Assembly (NCBI GenBank): GCA_028023455.1
Contig: JAQFVV010000005.1
Span: forward strand, 10,850,001-10,914,000
Length of the DNA stretch: 64,000 bases
Source of the DNA: Epiperipatus broadwayi
Lineage: Eukaryota; Animalia; Onychophora
Direction of reading: 5' to 3'
A program made the position numbers and the translations under genes. Each line of letters starts with the position of its first letter. The first letter of the stretch is position 1. Positions 49,888 to 63,900 of this stretch are shown here, one piece after another. Under the pieces are notes generated by a model. That model saw nothing but the letters and a program-made list of their open reading frames with translations. It had not been told where the DNA came from and searched no databases.

Positions 49888-52800
49888 GGGGACCATTTAA
49901 AATAAAAATGATTTGAATGCCTTCTCTTGTAGTAGCATTTATCATAAATAAAAAAAAAAGCTTGTTTAGAGCTATTAGCACGCTCTTAATTTTAAATATT
50001 TGTATTGTAAATTTTAAAATAAATGATTTTACTTTATTTATTTTTAAGTTCTCATATTTAATATTTTATTACTGATAATAATAAATTTACATAAGTATTT
50101 TGTGGTTGTATCCTTTTACATTTAAAATTTATTCAAGAATTATAAACATTCATGTACACACCCACAAATATTTAAATATTGTTTAAACTTTCTATCCTTA
50201 TTAAGAGTAATTTTAATCTTATATGTACACCAACAAAGTAATTCCTATAACTAATAATAATTTATTTTTATTATTGTTAGTATTATGTATTGTTCTTTTA
50301 AAACTAATTATATATACATGACTTTTTTAATAACTAAATATAAACTGCGATAAAAAAAATTTGATACACATATTTGAAAACATTGTATTTCTAAAATATA
50401 TATGAGAAGATATCTTGGATTAGTTTAATTATTTGCCTTATAAAGTAATATTATCAATAATATTAATATTATTTTAATATTATTTGCAGTAATAAGAGCA
50501 TTAATAAATAGTAGTTACAATATTGATATGCCAATAAAAAATTTTAAATTACGATTATTATTGCCAATTCATATATTAAATTTCATTACAAGATATATAT
50601 ATTTTAACAGGACAGTCTAACTGTGGTATGCACGAAGAGTAAAAAGAGTGTATCTCTATTGTCTACCTTCTTATATTAATTTCATACTTGAGAGAATAGA
50701 AAGATCTTAAACAACTGCTAATTCTACTCTTAACTTGTGACCTATGTATTGTAGTTTACTCCCATTAATCTGGGTTTTAAACTCAGGGAGATGTGTATGA
50801 TCCTCAGACTCAGGGAATGTTTGTATCACCAAGTTCATCATATCTGTAACATGAGTAAATGCCTGTTAATAGGAGTGGGTATAGAAGATTATATACATGC
50901 AAGTAAAGGTCATTATATGTGTATGAGGATATGGCTTAGCAGAATTCAGCCACAGAAAAATAAACCAAGAAACATGTTTTAACATTTTAATAAATGTAAT
51001 AACCATATATAAATGGATTGATATTTGGAAAATAAAGTTTATAACAAGATTACAGGATCTCATTTGGACACCTGTGGTTATACTTCATTTATGTTTGGTT
51101 TATACTAATGTTTCCCATCCTGATCCCTGAAGAACAGCTTCTACATGCCTTGGTTAACATGAACGATCTGAAGGTTTAATAGACCCCCTTGTTATATATA
51201 ATGTATATGCATCAAAAGAGAATTACAAGTTTAACATAAAAAAAAGTATAAGAGATATTAATAATTAACATGAATTTTGAAATAAACAATCAACAAAAGT
51301 GTGTAATGTGTACATATATAAATATGTAATTGACATATATCTTAGATAACATCTTACCTTATCTTTCATTCACAATGATCAATTACTTTATAATCAAGAT
51401 TATATCTTATAAATTTTATCTACCTGTAGTAATGACCTTATCTTTATTATGAATTTTTTAAATTTATATTAAGTTTTTCATCCCTACATTAAAATAAAGA
51501 AAATAAATTATTATATTTAGCATATGAATAACTAATTATCAATGATGTCAACTTTATAGAGAGATTTCATGGTTCAGCTGGAGAATGTTCTCATAGCTTA
51601 TCTTTATAAACCATAGTAATTCCTGTATACATAGCTGAGAATTTGAATATCTGAAGGAAGCCTTTGAACTAAAGTTTTGAAGCGAGGAGTGGGAAAAAAA
51701 ATCAGTCCAGGTGTAGAGAGTTAAAACAATTCCATATTGGCTATGACAATTTCTAGTTCTGTGGATGATGATTTCTCTTCCATGACAGTTTCCTTTTGCA
51801 ATTAGCAACACATTAGTTTTGTCAATAATATATAAAATCTTTTTGGTTGAAATTGGTTGGAATAACATCAATATTTACCTTCCGAAATTTATAGCTATCT
51901 GAATGCTGACTGCTTAAAAGTTCTAACATCAAATCATACCCCACATGATCCGAAACATAAACAGTGGGTGATTACTTCTAGGAAATGATTATATTGCTTC
52001 TAAAAGAAGCCTAATTTTCTTCACTCAAGAGAGTTTAGGGAGAAAAGAAGATAAAAAGGCAACAAGTCAGACAACAACAACACTTTATACATGGTAGTGT
52101 TGTCATAAAATGTTCCAGAAATATCTGCTTCTGAAAGGGTAAAAGCAGATAGTAGCTTTTGTGTACCGATCACACTAATCATTGTTTTAATAAGCCTTCA
52201 GGTCTTTTCTTATTAAGTTGTATTAATCATCAATTATATTGTATTCTAAATATATATGAACTGTTGACTACATTTGTATATTGTATTTAATTATTGATTA
52301 TCAAAAATTAGGAATTATATCTTTGGCATATTCACCACTTATGTTTAGAAATAAAATTGTTTTTAGGAATCTGAATTATACTGATACTCTGTGAATGTAA
52401 ATATATATAAAAATTAATAATAGCAATACAACTGTCTCTGTACTTTTTATTAGTTTTTTATTGAGGCTTATGTGATAAAAGCTGATTTGCTAAAGATTAA
52501 TTGCTAATTAAAGCTGAAACAATACAATTAGCTCCAAAAATCCATGGCTAACATATTCCTGTAAAGGATTATAACCCAAATGGCAGACAATCACATTTTC
52601 AATAGACACTGAATCAAAATGATATTTTGCTTATTGACTTCGCAAATAGATTTAGTGAAATAGTGTTGTGATGCTATTCTGGCCAATACATTTTCAAAGT
52701 ATGTAAGTAGTTTAACAAAATAATGTTGAAATCACAGAGCCACATAAGGAAATTTGTTATAAATGATGTGCAGAATGACCACTACACACATTACATCAAA

Positions 52801-53389
52801 TACTCAAAGATCTCGTAAACATTTCTAATGAAGAAATAATTGAGAAGCTAAATTTGTTTTTCAATCCTTGTCATATATAAAAAAATCAAGGCTTCATTTT
52901 TAGAATGAGCACCAGACCACTAAAAATTAAGATGTCTGTGAAACCTAGCAAAAGATGCCAAATGCAAAAAAATCTTGAAGAAAAATCCTCACTGAACAAT
53001 TATTATAGAGAATGGTCTCTAAAAAGCTCTGGCAATAGATGCTGAGATAGTTTTGAAATAGTTTGTTGCATAAGTCATATAATGTTTGACAATCAGAAGT
53101 CTAAGCTACAATTCCTAATATTTAGTAATAATTTGTCATTTTATCACTGTATTTAAACCATGCAGTGCTGTTTATGAGTAATCCAGTTAATAAGATATTA
53201 ATAATAAAGTAGGAAATAGCATGATTTAAATATAAAAATAAAACATCCATTCACAATATGATAAGAAAAGTGTTCAAAACAAAGTGCAGAAATAGGAAAT
53301 TAACTTGATGTTCCTGAGACAAAAAAGTCTACAAGATTAAAAAAAACTATAAATAAAAAAATGAGGAATGATAACCTGCAGTGCCACAG

Positions 53390-53620
53390 ATCATATTACA
53401 TCCATCTCCTCTAAAAGACTGTAGGGAAAAAAGCAAAAGCTTCTCATAAAATCAAAAAATAGTAAAATAAAATTTTGAGCAAATAATGCCAGATTTAACT
53501 GTTTATGAGATATACTGTAAACCTTAACAGTGAAAGCAGACTGATTGGAATAACATATGTAATTGAAAGCAGAATAGTATTAAATGAAATTGTAAACATT
53601 CCTATTAAAAGTCAATAGAA
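53390..53620 (+). mobile_element. Possible RTE-type 5' end remnant
   Basis: accttaacagtgaaagcagactg (xLNSESRL) resembles the YNxRxLSSEERL endonuclease start at ~36000. Confidence 0.25.
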
Positions 53621-55623
53621 AATATAATACCACCACAATCATCTCCTGCAAATTTCACGAGTCTTGTTTTAAATTTATAAATAGTTACTTAAATTATGCA
53701 GTAAATTTTTATTTTTTTAAATTAAGGACTTCCTCTTTAACCTAGTAAAAATTGTGTTCCCCAAAAACTTCTTTCAGAAAGTAGCCTAACAGTAATAATA
53801 ATAAATTTTTTTATAGAAGTCTTATTAAAAAGTCTACTATAAAAGTATAAAAATGATTATAGGAAATTCAATTAGAAAAATTAAAATTTCTATTAGTTCA
53901 TTGCCTTTACAAGCTTTCTGAAACAGTTTATGTATCTTTAAGATTCCTATAATTCTTTTGTACTGCACTCTACTATATGACTCGTGATTTAGTTTAGCAA
54001 TAAAATGTGAGCATCAAGAATTAAAGATTCCTGAATTATGGCTCAAACTATCAAGATCTCCTGCATAAGTAACCATTCAGTTTTTTTTTTATTATGTGAA
54101 GTGTAATATTAATCAGTTTTTCATGTTATAATTGGTTTCTCTATTTTAAAATTTATCTATGACTTTGCATTTTAAAAGAACTAATATTAGATAGTGCTAT
54201 GACACAAACTGTATATGTAAAAACTCTTGTTCCAACAATAGTTTTATATTTGATTGAATACAAGTATAATTTAGATATTTGGAATTTTAGATGTAAATTA
54301 TAAGGTACATTATAATTTATAATAAGGTTTTAATAAATATTTTCAAATGATGTCAATATCTTTGGTATTTATAAGAATTAATAAAAACTTTTACAATAAT
54401 TTAATTTTGTGTAAATTAAAGTTTCAATACAGAAATTAAAATTAACTATTCAGAATGCTGTTATGTTATTTCAAAAACAGTTAAAACTCAAAGACAGTTT
54501 CAGTAATCACAATAATCAATCAGTAATACCACAATAATAGGCAGTTTACAATCCTTTAATTAACTGACAATTAAATTAATAAATTGTGAATTTTATGAGG
54601 TGTGACATATTAATTATTACTTAAAATATTCATTAAAATTCATTTTATAGATAATAAAAAGAATATTAGCTGGATTTCTGTAATCCAGTTTTTAAAAAAT
54701 ATAGTAAAATAATGAAAAAATGCTTAACATACAATCTTGAATGATTCCAGAAATTTCCATACGATTTCAAAATCCTTAAATCACTGGTCTATTGCCATCT
54801 GATATTGAATGTTAATTGGAGAATAAGTCAATGCCTATAAATAAAAAAACCTCAACAACAAATAGAACATTATCACCATGAAAAAGAGTACCACTCTTAT
54901 AGAGGGGGACATAAAAGTTCTTTGTCCTGCAATACCTATCTTAGATGGCTTTTTTATATTTCTTTTTGTAAAAACACATTTTCATGATTATTTTGAAATT
55001 ACTATATATGTGTGTGTTCTTAAAGAATAGTTTAACTAAATAAATTTCACAGCTAAGGCTAAAATAGAAAGAAAATTGTAATAGACGAGTTAAAACAAAA
55101 TGACAGCTGGCTGATTTATCATAAGGAAGGTGTTATTTAAAATCCACATTCTTATTTTGTGAAAATTTATATGATTTCAATCTTAATTACTTAAGTGACC
55201 CAGAATAGTTATCCCAATATAAAATTCTATAAAGCAGACTTCCTTATTTGTAATTTTATTTAGCCATGATTCAAAAAAATATTACAGATTTTTTTTTTTT
55301 TTAAATAGAAAAAGGATTTTTTTATTTTCTAGTCCATATCACATATACAGTAAGTATACACTTATACATGTATGTGTTAAAAATGTTTATTGATTACAAT
55401 CTGTGATGTGAATTGGAACCAAATGCTGGAGATACAGGAAGTCTACTGTAAAACTGTAAATCAAGACTTTCAAAAAATAAGATCAAAATGTTCTATTTTT
55501 TATTAATACAATCTTATATACTTGTGATGCATGAAAAAATCATTGTAAGACATAATGTAATTCTGACAAACTTATAATGTTCAAGTTAATCTGAAAATGT
55601 AAAATAAAACTAATAAGAAAGTC

Positions 55624-57060
55624 TTAAATGCACTGAACCGCTTTCAGTGGATTGCTGCCAGAATCATAGTTCTGATAAAAAAATTTAAGAGTTTTGTTTA
55701 ATAAATTATAATTATAACCTGATTTAATTAAATCTTTCATATAAATTTCCATATTGTTTCTTCTATCTGCTTCAAACTTACGTAATTTAAAATTTCTATA
55801 CAAAAAACATTTAAATCCAGCTAATTTATAAGAAATTGTAGTAAGAGAAAGATGGTCAATTACACCATGAATACTGATAGGCTTTATAACTAATTTGTGA
55901 ATTTGTATGGTGAATATATATATAAACTTTACACCACCGGATTTATTTTCATCTTCCATAGTCCAAACCAAAGAAGATAAAAGAGAGAATTCATCTTTTA
56001 TATCAATAATTGTTTTCATTTCAGCATTATAAGTACATCATCATCTAAATATATTATATATAAAGGTGATGTTGCTGTAGCAAACTTTTTTGGAATAACT
56101 TCTAATTCAAATTTATTTAAAACTATACTACAAATAATTCCACTTAAAGGTAGTCCCATAGGTCATCCATGTTCCATTGTCTAAAATTCTCCATTAAAAA
56201 GAGCTGTAATATCATTATTCATCCATTTATGAACATCAATAATAACATTTATTTTGTATTTATTAAAATTTAAATTAATTAAAATATTAATAATATTAAT
56301 AGATAATGCTCATGAAACTGAACCATAAAGTTCTGTTATATTTAATGAAGCAAGTTTATTGGTAGGATTATACATTTGGTGAATTTAATATTTGCGCACA
56401 TTCAAATGAAGATTTTATAGCAAATTTTCCAAAACTAACTTGTTCAATTAATCATTCAGCTATTAATTTAGCGCTTTTATAGAAATATGTACTTCCAAAA
56501 TTAATTAAAAGTTTAAGAAGTTGATTTTCTTTATGCATTTTTACATTTGCAAAAGTTCAATTAGATAAATCTTTTATATTCAAATTTATTGATTGCTTTG
56601 TATTGATGTCTTAATGTTGAAACAATGAATTTATCTTTTTCTCTTTTAAAATTATGTTCATCCCTTAATTTAAATTTTAACTTTTTCATTTGGTCATAAA
56701 CTCTATTTTAATAATCCTCGAGATAAAAGAACAAAATCTATTACCTTTATCCTCCTTTAAACATTTAATATTATTATATTGTAAAAATAAATCATTTAGA
56801 TTCATTTAAATTATTATACCAATTATATATATTACTATTCATTTTAAATTGATATAGGCATAATACTTTTGAAATTTTATCAATGTCTTCTCACCGACGT
56901 TTATTTTCATATTATGTTTCAATATCAGCAATAGTTTCTAAATATGAATTTTTCCAATTTCCCCCACAGTAAATTTTGGACTGCAATCAAAAACAAGTTT
57001 AATATTATGTGAAATAGTTAAATTAACAAATTTATCGTTTATTTTATGTAACTATATCTT
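55624..57060 (-). mobile_element. Penelope-like element (PLE) reverse transcriptase remnant
   Basis: Minus-strand motifs in PLE order: FVNLT...SPKF, DKGN (~56745), KMHKENQ (~56530), LASLNITELYGSV, PMGLPLSG (~56150), YLDDV (~56040), WTMEDE..VKFI and DLIKSGY. Multiple stops and frameshifts. Confidence 0.75.
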
Positions 57061-58943
57061 GTTTGTATATATATCTTCAGAAATATATATATATTGAATC
57101 TACTGAAGATTGAGATCAGTTTCAATATGTGGTAAAATGTCAGCCTTTTTTTTTTACTTTCTTGTTTGATTTTGATTATAGATATCTTAACTCCTGAAAC
57201 ACTGAACTGTGTTTCTATGACAATGATCGTATTGATATAAAGAAAAAATTGTTTATTAATTGTATTGTCATAAGTTGTGAATTAACTTTGATCATTGTAA
57301 AAGTGAATAATAAAGTTTATAGCATTGATCTTTCTTTATTACATTCATTACAAATAATATACCTAAATGCTTAATATCTCAAATATATTAATTTATTTGT
57401 ATACTATTATACTGCAAAGATATATGTAAAAAGTTTATATTAAAATGTAGTCTTAATTATTTATGTTGGAGTGAAAGAATCCTATTTGTATTATGAAAAA
57501 TGTTTGTTGTATAATCAATTTTTTATTTGAGAGATGCAGGTTAAAATTGGCTAAAGAGTTAATAAAGTGTTTTGCTATAGTTATTCTGATATCAATTGGA
57601 AAAGTTACAGAGCTGAATAAAAAAAAACTTCTCTATCTTGGCTTCAATAGAAGTAAATCTAAGTTCATTCTTATGATTTTATTTTTAAAAGTATACGATT
57701 GTAAAATAGATAGAATGAGAGCTGAAAGCAATAATGTTCATTCATTGGCCAGACAGGATCATTGAATTTGTGAATGACAGTTTATTGAAATATGAAAATA
57801 CTTAGCATTTCAAAAACGATCTGAATGTTTTATTTTAAAAATGGACATTACTTACTTTTCAATGATGGAGACTAAAAGCTATTAACATAAAATGTACACA
57901 AAGATTATGTTCACCTACTGATATAATTTTATAAGCTTGGTGGATAATTTATACATCATATAAAAATTGGTTCAATTTCCATTTTTCTGGAATAATAAGT
58001 CAGATCACAATTTAATAAATAAGCACTAGAACTATGGTACTATTTTAGAAAGGTCATATTATAAAAACTATTACTCAAATCATTTGCTTATATTTGTCAT
58101 TATTATTGCTATATATTTTTCTCTTCATTTAAAGTGTATAGTAATTATTGATATAAATGGTAATCTAATTTTAGGTCAAGTAATAATAACTATTTATATA
58201 CCTAAATATAAGAGTTAAGTTTTCCTAAGTTTGAATTTTTATCTTGCAGCGTAGTAATTATTATTTTAATTTAAAATACTTTTGTTTCTTGATAATAATT
58301 AACTTCAGCTAGGAGTTAAAAAGGATTATATTGCAATAAGTATTTATTTATTTTGTTCTTTTAAATTTATATTAACATACGATTCATTTTTGTATATACA
58401 CCTGGGTCTCATTTTATGCAGATTTTAATGCAATTTTGAAGTTATGTGATTCATGTTTCTTCTTAATATCTTTCATATTTCACTATATTTATTAGATATC
58501 AAGAAATTTAAATTATTAATAACTTATTTTGACTTGAAATACTTTTTTAAAAAATATATATATATAACGTTATATTAGCAGCTAATGTGAATATGGCCTG
58601 AAGCTGTATTTAGAATTTTAGCTTCTATGTAAATGACCTATTTATACTAATGAATAAATAATAATAATAGACTTATACTTACAAATAAAAATATCACAAT
58701 AAATATTCAAAAAATTTAAACTTTTAAATCGTATTTTGTTATATATAACAGAAATAAATAATCTTTTAGATTTTTAAAATAAAAAATGAAGATTTTATAA
58801 ACTGAAAATAATCTTTCCAATGATAATATATAATCTTTTTGTTTTGATTACGATCTCATTTTTTAAACATAGAAACAGAAAACCATTAACACAACACAAA
58901 ACTAAAAGTGGCACTAGTTGTATATCACATCACAAATAAAAAT

Positions 58944-59025
58944 AAAGTGGCTAACAGATTTTTCTGGGCATAATTGCTGAGAGATTCGTGACATCGTTTA
59001 AGGAGAAGCCACAATACATCACATC
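58944..59025 (+). mobile_element. Extremely 5'-truncated LINE 3' UTR and tail (same family as 877-957)
   Basis: aaagtggctaacagatttttctgggcataattgctgagagattcgtgacatcgtttaaggagaagccacaatacatcacatc aligns end to end with 877-957. Confidence 0.8.
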
Positions 59026-59962
59026 AAATCTGATTTCTTACCAGTTTACAAACGAACGCTAGCGGTAATGATTAAAATATGTATGAAAAATATAAAATTA
59101 AATACTGTAGTTCATAAAAAAAAGTTTATCTTGTATTAATTTTTTTCAAATATTTGAAATTTTTTATTAGTCATACTTTATTTGCTTATTTTTTTAATGC
59201 GAATTTTAAAATAATTTTTCCTTGCTGCTTTGCTCTTATGCGAATTCTGAAAATTACAGAGGATATTTTTATTCTATTGAAAATGGTGACCAACGATTGG
59301 GCTATATTTTCATTCAGATTATATTATAGTTTTCATTTCCCATGGTCATTTTAATTGCAAATGGCTCCCAAATCTGTGAGGCATTAAAAGAAGAGCATAC
59401 TCTCATTTTTATTGTTACTAATGGTGCTGCAATTTGTGGGCATTATCAAACCAGGACCATTCTTTCATAGTCCACATATTTATTGTTACAATATACATAT
59501 AATAAATATATTTTATTACTGTTATATTTATTATTTTTACAATAGTTTTTTTAATAATAACTGTAGTTTATTCCACTGCAGATACACTTTACAGATTGAA
59601 CACTAATTATAATATTCTCCTTTGCAAACAAAAGATAAAGTCTTTTAAACGATAAAATGGATCCACTCTACCCTTTTCACCCAAACTGTATCTCTGATTA
59701 TATTTAATATCTTAAATAAACTTAACTTTATATGGAAATAATGTATTCATTATCTTAAATCACTTATTAAAGACATATAATACATTAATAATGTGCATCC
59801 TTAATAAGAAATTCACCTTCTTAAATAATTCATACTGTAACAGTCAGAATCGTCTATCTCACTAACACACTACAGAATTCAAACCCCAGACATGAAACTG
59901 AACATTCTAGGAGGGGTTGCCTTCTAGATATACTAAGTTTGAATCTAAGGTCCAAATTTCAC

Positions 59963-59975
59963 AGCGCCATCTACG
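59963..59975 (-). promoter_or_regulatory. Candidate CTCF-type site (gtAGATGGCGCt) in a CpG-retaining stretch
   Basis: Matches the AGRTGGCGC core known for arthropod CTCF. This is a motif match only. Confidence 0.35.
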
Positions 59976-60299
59976 TGATAACGCATCTGATGCCACTACT
60001 AGTATAACCTTTGACCGGTGCCTGGTGGTCAGGGAGAAACAAAAGACTCTATACTAAAAGAAGCTTGGGTGGCTAATTAACGTCTATGGATTTACGAAAG
60101 AAATGCAGAAAATATATATATATAGACCAAGACAGTGATAGGAATCAAATAAAATAAGAGATCAAATTTAGTTTTAAATAATTTCATAAAATTTATTTAT
60201 ATAAATTATATATATAATGCCACTGTCTGCTTATATGAGACAGGGACGCGTATTAAATAATTGTTGGCATTATATTCCAATAAAATAAAATAAAATTTT

Positions 60300-60930
60300 A
60301 AAGCAAAGTGATATATTCTATTCCTCGGGCTAATAGCATTACGATAATGTGCTTGATGAAATAGGAACATGTGCGAGGTGCTTTGAGCAATTATACAAGT
60401 TTAAGAAAATGTTTGAAAATTAAGTGTTCTAAAATATTTATTGATTTCGAGAATAGCACGGACAAAAGCTTACTAAGCAACAAAGTGGGAATGTGATCAA
60501 AGCATTTATTTGAGAATAATAATAGAGTTGCATTGGGAGGTCAGTATTGCTGATAATGAATTTATTAAAGTTGGAAGGTGTGACACTTTTAAGTCACGGA
60601 TACTTTGTAAAATAAATATAAAAATAAAACAATATTGAATATCCGGAATGATTACGGAGGGCATATCGCTGCTAACCCGTAGGAAAGTATTTTATGAACA
60701 GCCGAAACTTAGCGACTGGGTCACGATTGCATTTAATTCCTAGGTGTGTCATTTGGGGACACACTCTGCCTGGAAACTGCAATAAGCGAAGAATCCTTGG
60801 AAAATTAAAACAAAGCGGTCTTAACAACCAATTCATTTACCAGCAATACGAGACTAGTGTATATAAAACATACTGAATGGGTTTTACTTGGATTAAGAGA
60901 AATGCCCAATCAAATTCCCTGAAATTCATT
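60300..60930 (+). mobile_element. Probable old LINE RT remnant
   Basis: IFIDFEN (~60435-60455; FIDFEKAFD-like) and FLGVSFG (~60735-60756; YLGV-like). Confidence 0.35.
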
Positions 60931-63900
60931 TAAAAGGGTCCGTACATTCTCGACGTCAATGATGAACTTTGTCATTAAAGTAGAACGCGGTAATTAAAAT
61001 AGGAAAATGCATGTTTGTGGGCTTGAAAAGTAAGTATAGACTTATATACACAATCATGCATTAGGGGACACATTTAATCATTGACCTCGCACATACTCTC
61101 ATATTAGATTAAAATCAATAACATATAGATTTTAAACTATGTGATTATATTATATATTAAAGAAAAGAATCGTCCTCGAACGAGTGATTTGCAAGATAAT
61201 AAAATTGGAAAATTATAAATTTAAAATATGCCTTAATAGCGACATCTTACTTTCAATAAAGGGAATAGTTCACTGGTCAAAGACGATTCTGACACATCAT
61301 AATAAAATAAAAGAAAGCTTTATAAATAGAAAATATTAACGCAAGGATAGAGCAAAACTGTTGATTATATTTGAACACTTTAAAGAAGTACATAATAAAG
61401 TTATGTGAAATTTCAGAAAACAATTTAGAATAGCTATAGCATATTAGTTAGGAATCACAAAAGCTCTTGGGTTAATTTAGGTTACCTCTGGAGACGCATT
61501 TGCAGGTAGATGTTCAGCAGGTTTTATAATTCAGCAGCAAAATCTGAAATGTTCATATTTTTGCAGCAGCAGCAGTTCCGGGGTTCCTTATGCGATAGCT
61601 TCCGATGGTCTGGAGCAGCGGCCGGCTATTCCGAGGGGACATAGCCATCTTAATGCCTCTACTCTGTCATGTCAAGGTTAGCAAATTATTAGAATAGAAC
61701 TCAGAATGATTTCTCTTAGAAACATTAGAAAAAACTCCAGAACAAAAAAAACCATTCTTTTTATAGTAGACTTTAACAATAGAACTGCCCTGGAGCATTA
61801 CAAAAATATATCGGACTTATCAGCTGTAATTAAATCATCCAAAGGAATTCAACATTAATTAATTTCTTTTGTTAATTTCCCTGTCGACATTCGAATTACA
61901 AACTAGATTCAATTAAAAATTACTTTTATTAATTAAAGAACACCTTAAGTGGACATCTGCTGTTTTTAGATAAAACTTATATAATATTCCCTCATTTATT
62001 TTAAAGAAATATTTGGAATGACTTTTATTAAATTAAATGAAAATTATTTTACTTTTAATTTGCAATATTTGAATCTATTTACTAAACGAATATTTACTAA
62101 ATGAATTTTATTTTAAATCAAAATATATTACGACGGTAATATATTTGTAAATAGATTCAAACAAAATAACTTTAACAATTTATAATTTTGATATGTTTTA
62201 AAATGCATATCATAGTGTGTGCGAAATTACGACTTATATAACCTTTTTAATAAATCAAAATTATGTGAACATATACATAATCTATAATCTTTTATTTATT
62301 TGGGAATGACTTATATATATAATACGAGCATTGTACTCGTGGTTTAAAATTAGGTGGGATTTTCGGTATATAAGCGTATTGCAGACACACTACGCTAGAT
62401 TGAGTTCAAACTAAGGTATGACGGTAGGAAATAGGTAAGAAAAGGTGAAACAAAGATCTGCAAAGCAGACCTTACTGTTTCAATACTCAAAAGTATTGCA
62501 GCCATGTGACATATAACAAAATATTAAAAAAATTAATGATAAATTCAATAATTACTTATGGAATAAGAAAAATAATAAGCAAACTATATTACACTTCCAA
62601 GCTCCATATTCAATACTCCATAGCAATCAGTTTCCAAGGTAAACAGGTGAGTGAATTAAGATTTGCATTTACTTTTAAATGATTAATGCATAGTAAATAC
62701 ATTTATGATAGGGAACAATTGAAAATTATAATAATTTATTGTTTTCAATGTCAGCTTAGCTTTGTTTTATCAATAAAGCTGATATCAGTTACTTTTCTTA
62801 GTTATATCACTAGTGCTATATGATTGGAAACTTAATTCTGAATAGACAATCAATGCATTGCCTCACATAACATAAATCTCTCTTGCTGATAATAGTCAGT
62901 AATCATGGATCCCTAACTTCAAAAAATATTGTTTCATATGTTTTATATATACTGTCCACCCATACAACAATCTGTGCTGAACTATCAAAAACAACATTGT
63001 ATTTTTCAAAATATATTTAATGCATGTACAAAGATATTATCTTTAGTTAATCCATTGTTTACAAGTTTCTTAATTACAATTTCAATTAAATTGAACACAT
63101 AAAAATAATATTAGTTACTGCAACTCATTTAATTTGAAATATTTTTTTTAAAAACTGGCAATTTAAATTCTAAAGTTACTAATCTTTATTTTATTAAAAA
63201 ATGTATAATATAATTAGTTTAAAAGTATAATCTATTATTACATATATAAGGGAACAGCAACAGCAACCATTTACAAAGAAATGTAGCCATTTCAATTGCA
63301 AGATGTAAAAAATAACACAAAAAAATAATAACATCAGGTATATACAAACTAACCTGTGAACCATAAATACTTATATGCATACAGAGCAAGGTGACCCATT
63401 ATATTTCTGTGGCAAAATTTTCTTTCTCAAATATTTCAATAGGATGTATAATTGTAGCTCTCAAGTATGTATTCCATCATCAATCCAACATTTCATATCA
63501 ATAAACATTAAACTTCTTTAGAATGTCTTAGAGATCTTTATAATGTAAATAGGGTCTGTCTCTCATTAAATCTATGCTCAAGTTAACAATAAGCTACTAT
63601 GAATTATGCTATCCCTTAGGCTAGTTTATAATTAGAAGGCTAAACTTTCTAGGTCATGGTTTCTTATTTCATGCAGTCTTAAAAATATCAAACTTTAAAA
63701 GTAAATTAAAAATGACTATAAACTCATAAGAGGAAGACTTCACCAGTAATAACAGGTGAAATGTCCTACATCAGAGGCAAACTATGACTATTATTCCATT
63801 ATAATATTTGACACCTCTTCCACCAGTAGTTTGAGACCTTAAACAATATCAGGTTGTCATCTCCCCTATCCATAGTTATAAATGACATCTCTTCCAGTAG

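Larger units (their letters stand above)
49458..49994. repeat. Near-perfect inverted repeat (240/239-bp arms, 58-bp spacer) carrying two hammerhead ribozymes
   Basis: Arms 49458-49697 and 49756-49994 differ by one substitution and one homopolymer base, as far as read by eye. Confidence 0.95.

Noticed and set aside
51120-51172. CTGAAGA followed by aacatg and gatc resembling a fourth hammerhead
   Set aside because: There is no GAAA or UH in register and too many mismatches are needed.
53375-53450. ctgcag(t)/(a)ctgtag pairing, tct/aga around cctctaaa, then GG: HDV-like ribozyme look-alike
   Set aside because: No P2 partner or J4/2 catalytic strand could be found and position 1 is not G.
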